A stretch of 20,000 bases of DNA from Chiloscyllium plagiosum (Eukaryota): the NCBI RefSeq assembly GCF_004010195.1, contig NC_057718.1, forward strand, positions 92,802,272 through 92,822,271. Direction: 5' to 3'. Of this stretch, positions 19,714-20,000 are shown in pieces. Each line of letters begins with the position of its first letter. Position 1 is the stretch's first letter. The notes under the pieces are model-generated. The model saw nothing but the letters and a program-made list of their open reading frames with translations, searched no databases and was not told where the DNA came from. Position numbers and translations under genes: made by a program.

Positions 19714-20000
19714 CACCCTGGCTGACCCATTGTCTCAGCATGCTCCTGCCCCACTGAACACATTTCTACCTATTTCGACACTGTCCTATCCCCCATAGTC
19801 CAGGAACTCCCCACATACTTTTGAGACACCACCCACACCCTCCACCTCCTCCAAGACTTCTGTTTCTCCGGCCCCCAACGCCTCATCTTCACCATGGATA
19901 TCCAATCCCTCTACACCTCCATCCGCCATGACCAGGGCCTCCAAGCCCTCTGTTTTTTCCTCTCCCGACGTCCCCAACAGTACCCTTCCACCGACACTCT
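19632..20000 (+). mobile_element. Penelope-like element reverse transcriptase fragment, 5'-truncated; continues past window end
   Basis: From 19684: YLLPRIHKPDHPG*PIVSACSCPT...YF*DTTH...LIFTMDIQSLYTSIRHDQGLQAL. These are the PLE RT motifs LPKIHK, RPIVS and D(I/V)xSLYT. Both stops are TGA at likely CGA (Arg) codons. Confidence 0.93.

Overview
Eukaryotic, AT-rich, repeat-dominated non-coding DNA (intron or intergenic), very probably from a cartilaginous fish (shark). This is inferred from HE1-type V-SINEs with their CR1/HER1-type partner LINE, L2-type LINEs and Penelope-like elements. No intact host protein-coding gene is supported: every ORF I could recognise is a decayed retrotransposon ORF, and the two long ORFs across 5631-6497 are artefacts of an 867-N assembly gap. 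The window is a layered record of nested insertions. It holds several CR1 copies, one of which has both ends and an esterase ORF1 but large internal deletions, two SINE/LINE pairs with shared 3' tails, and a 5'-truncated Penelope RT with a tandem/fold-back junction. The most notable signal is two 91-98 bp non-coding inserts (4849-4939 +, 11697-11794 -). Each is bounded by a perfect 12-bp target-site duplication and carries a minimal hammerhead-ribozyme core plus a second conserved hairpin, i.e. solo Penelope pLTR / retrozyme-like elements. A few splice-signal clusters in the unique DNA are weak exon candidates only. Repeat family names come from recall of consensus motifs, not from a database search.
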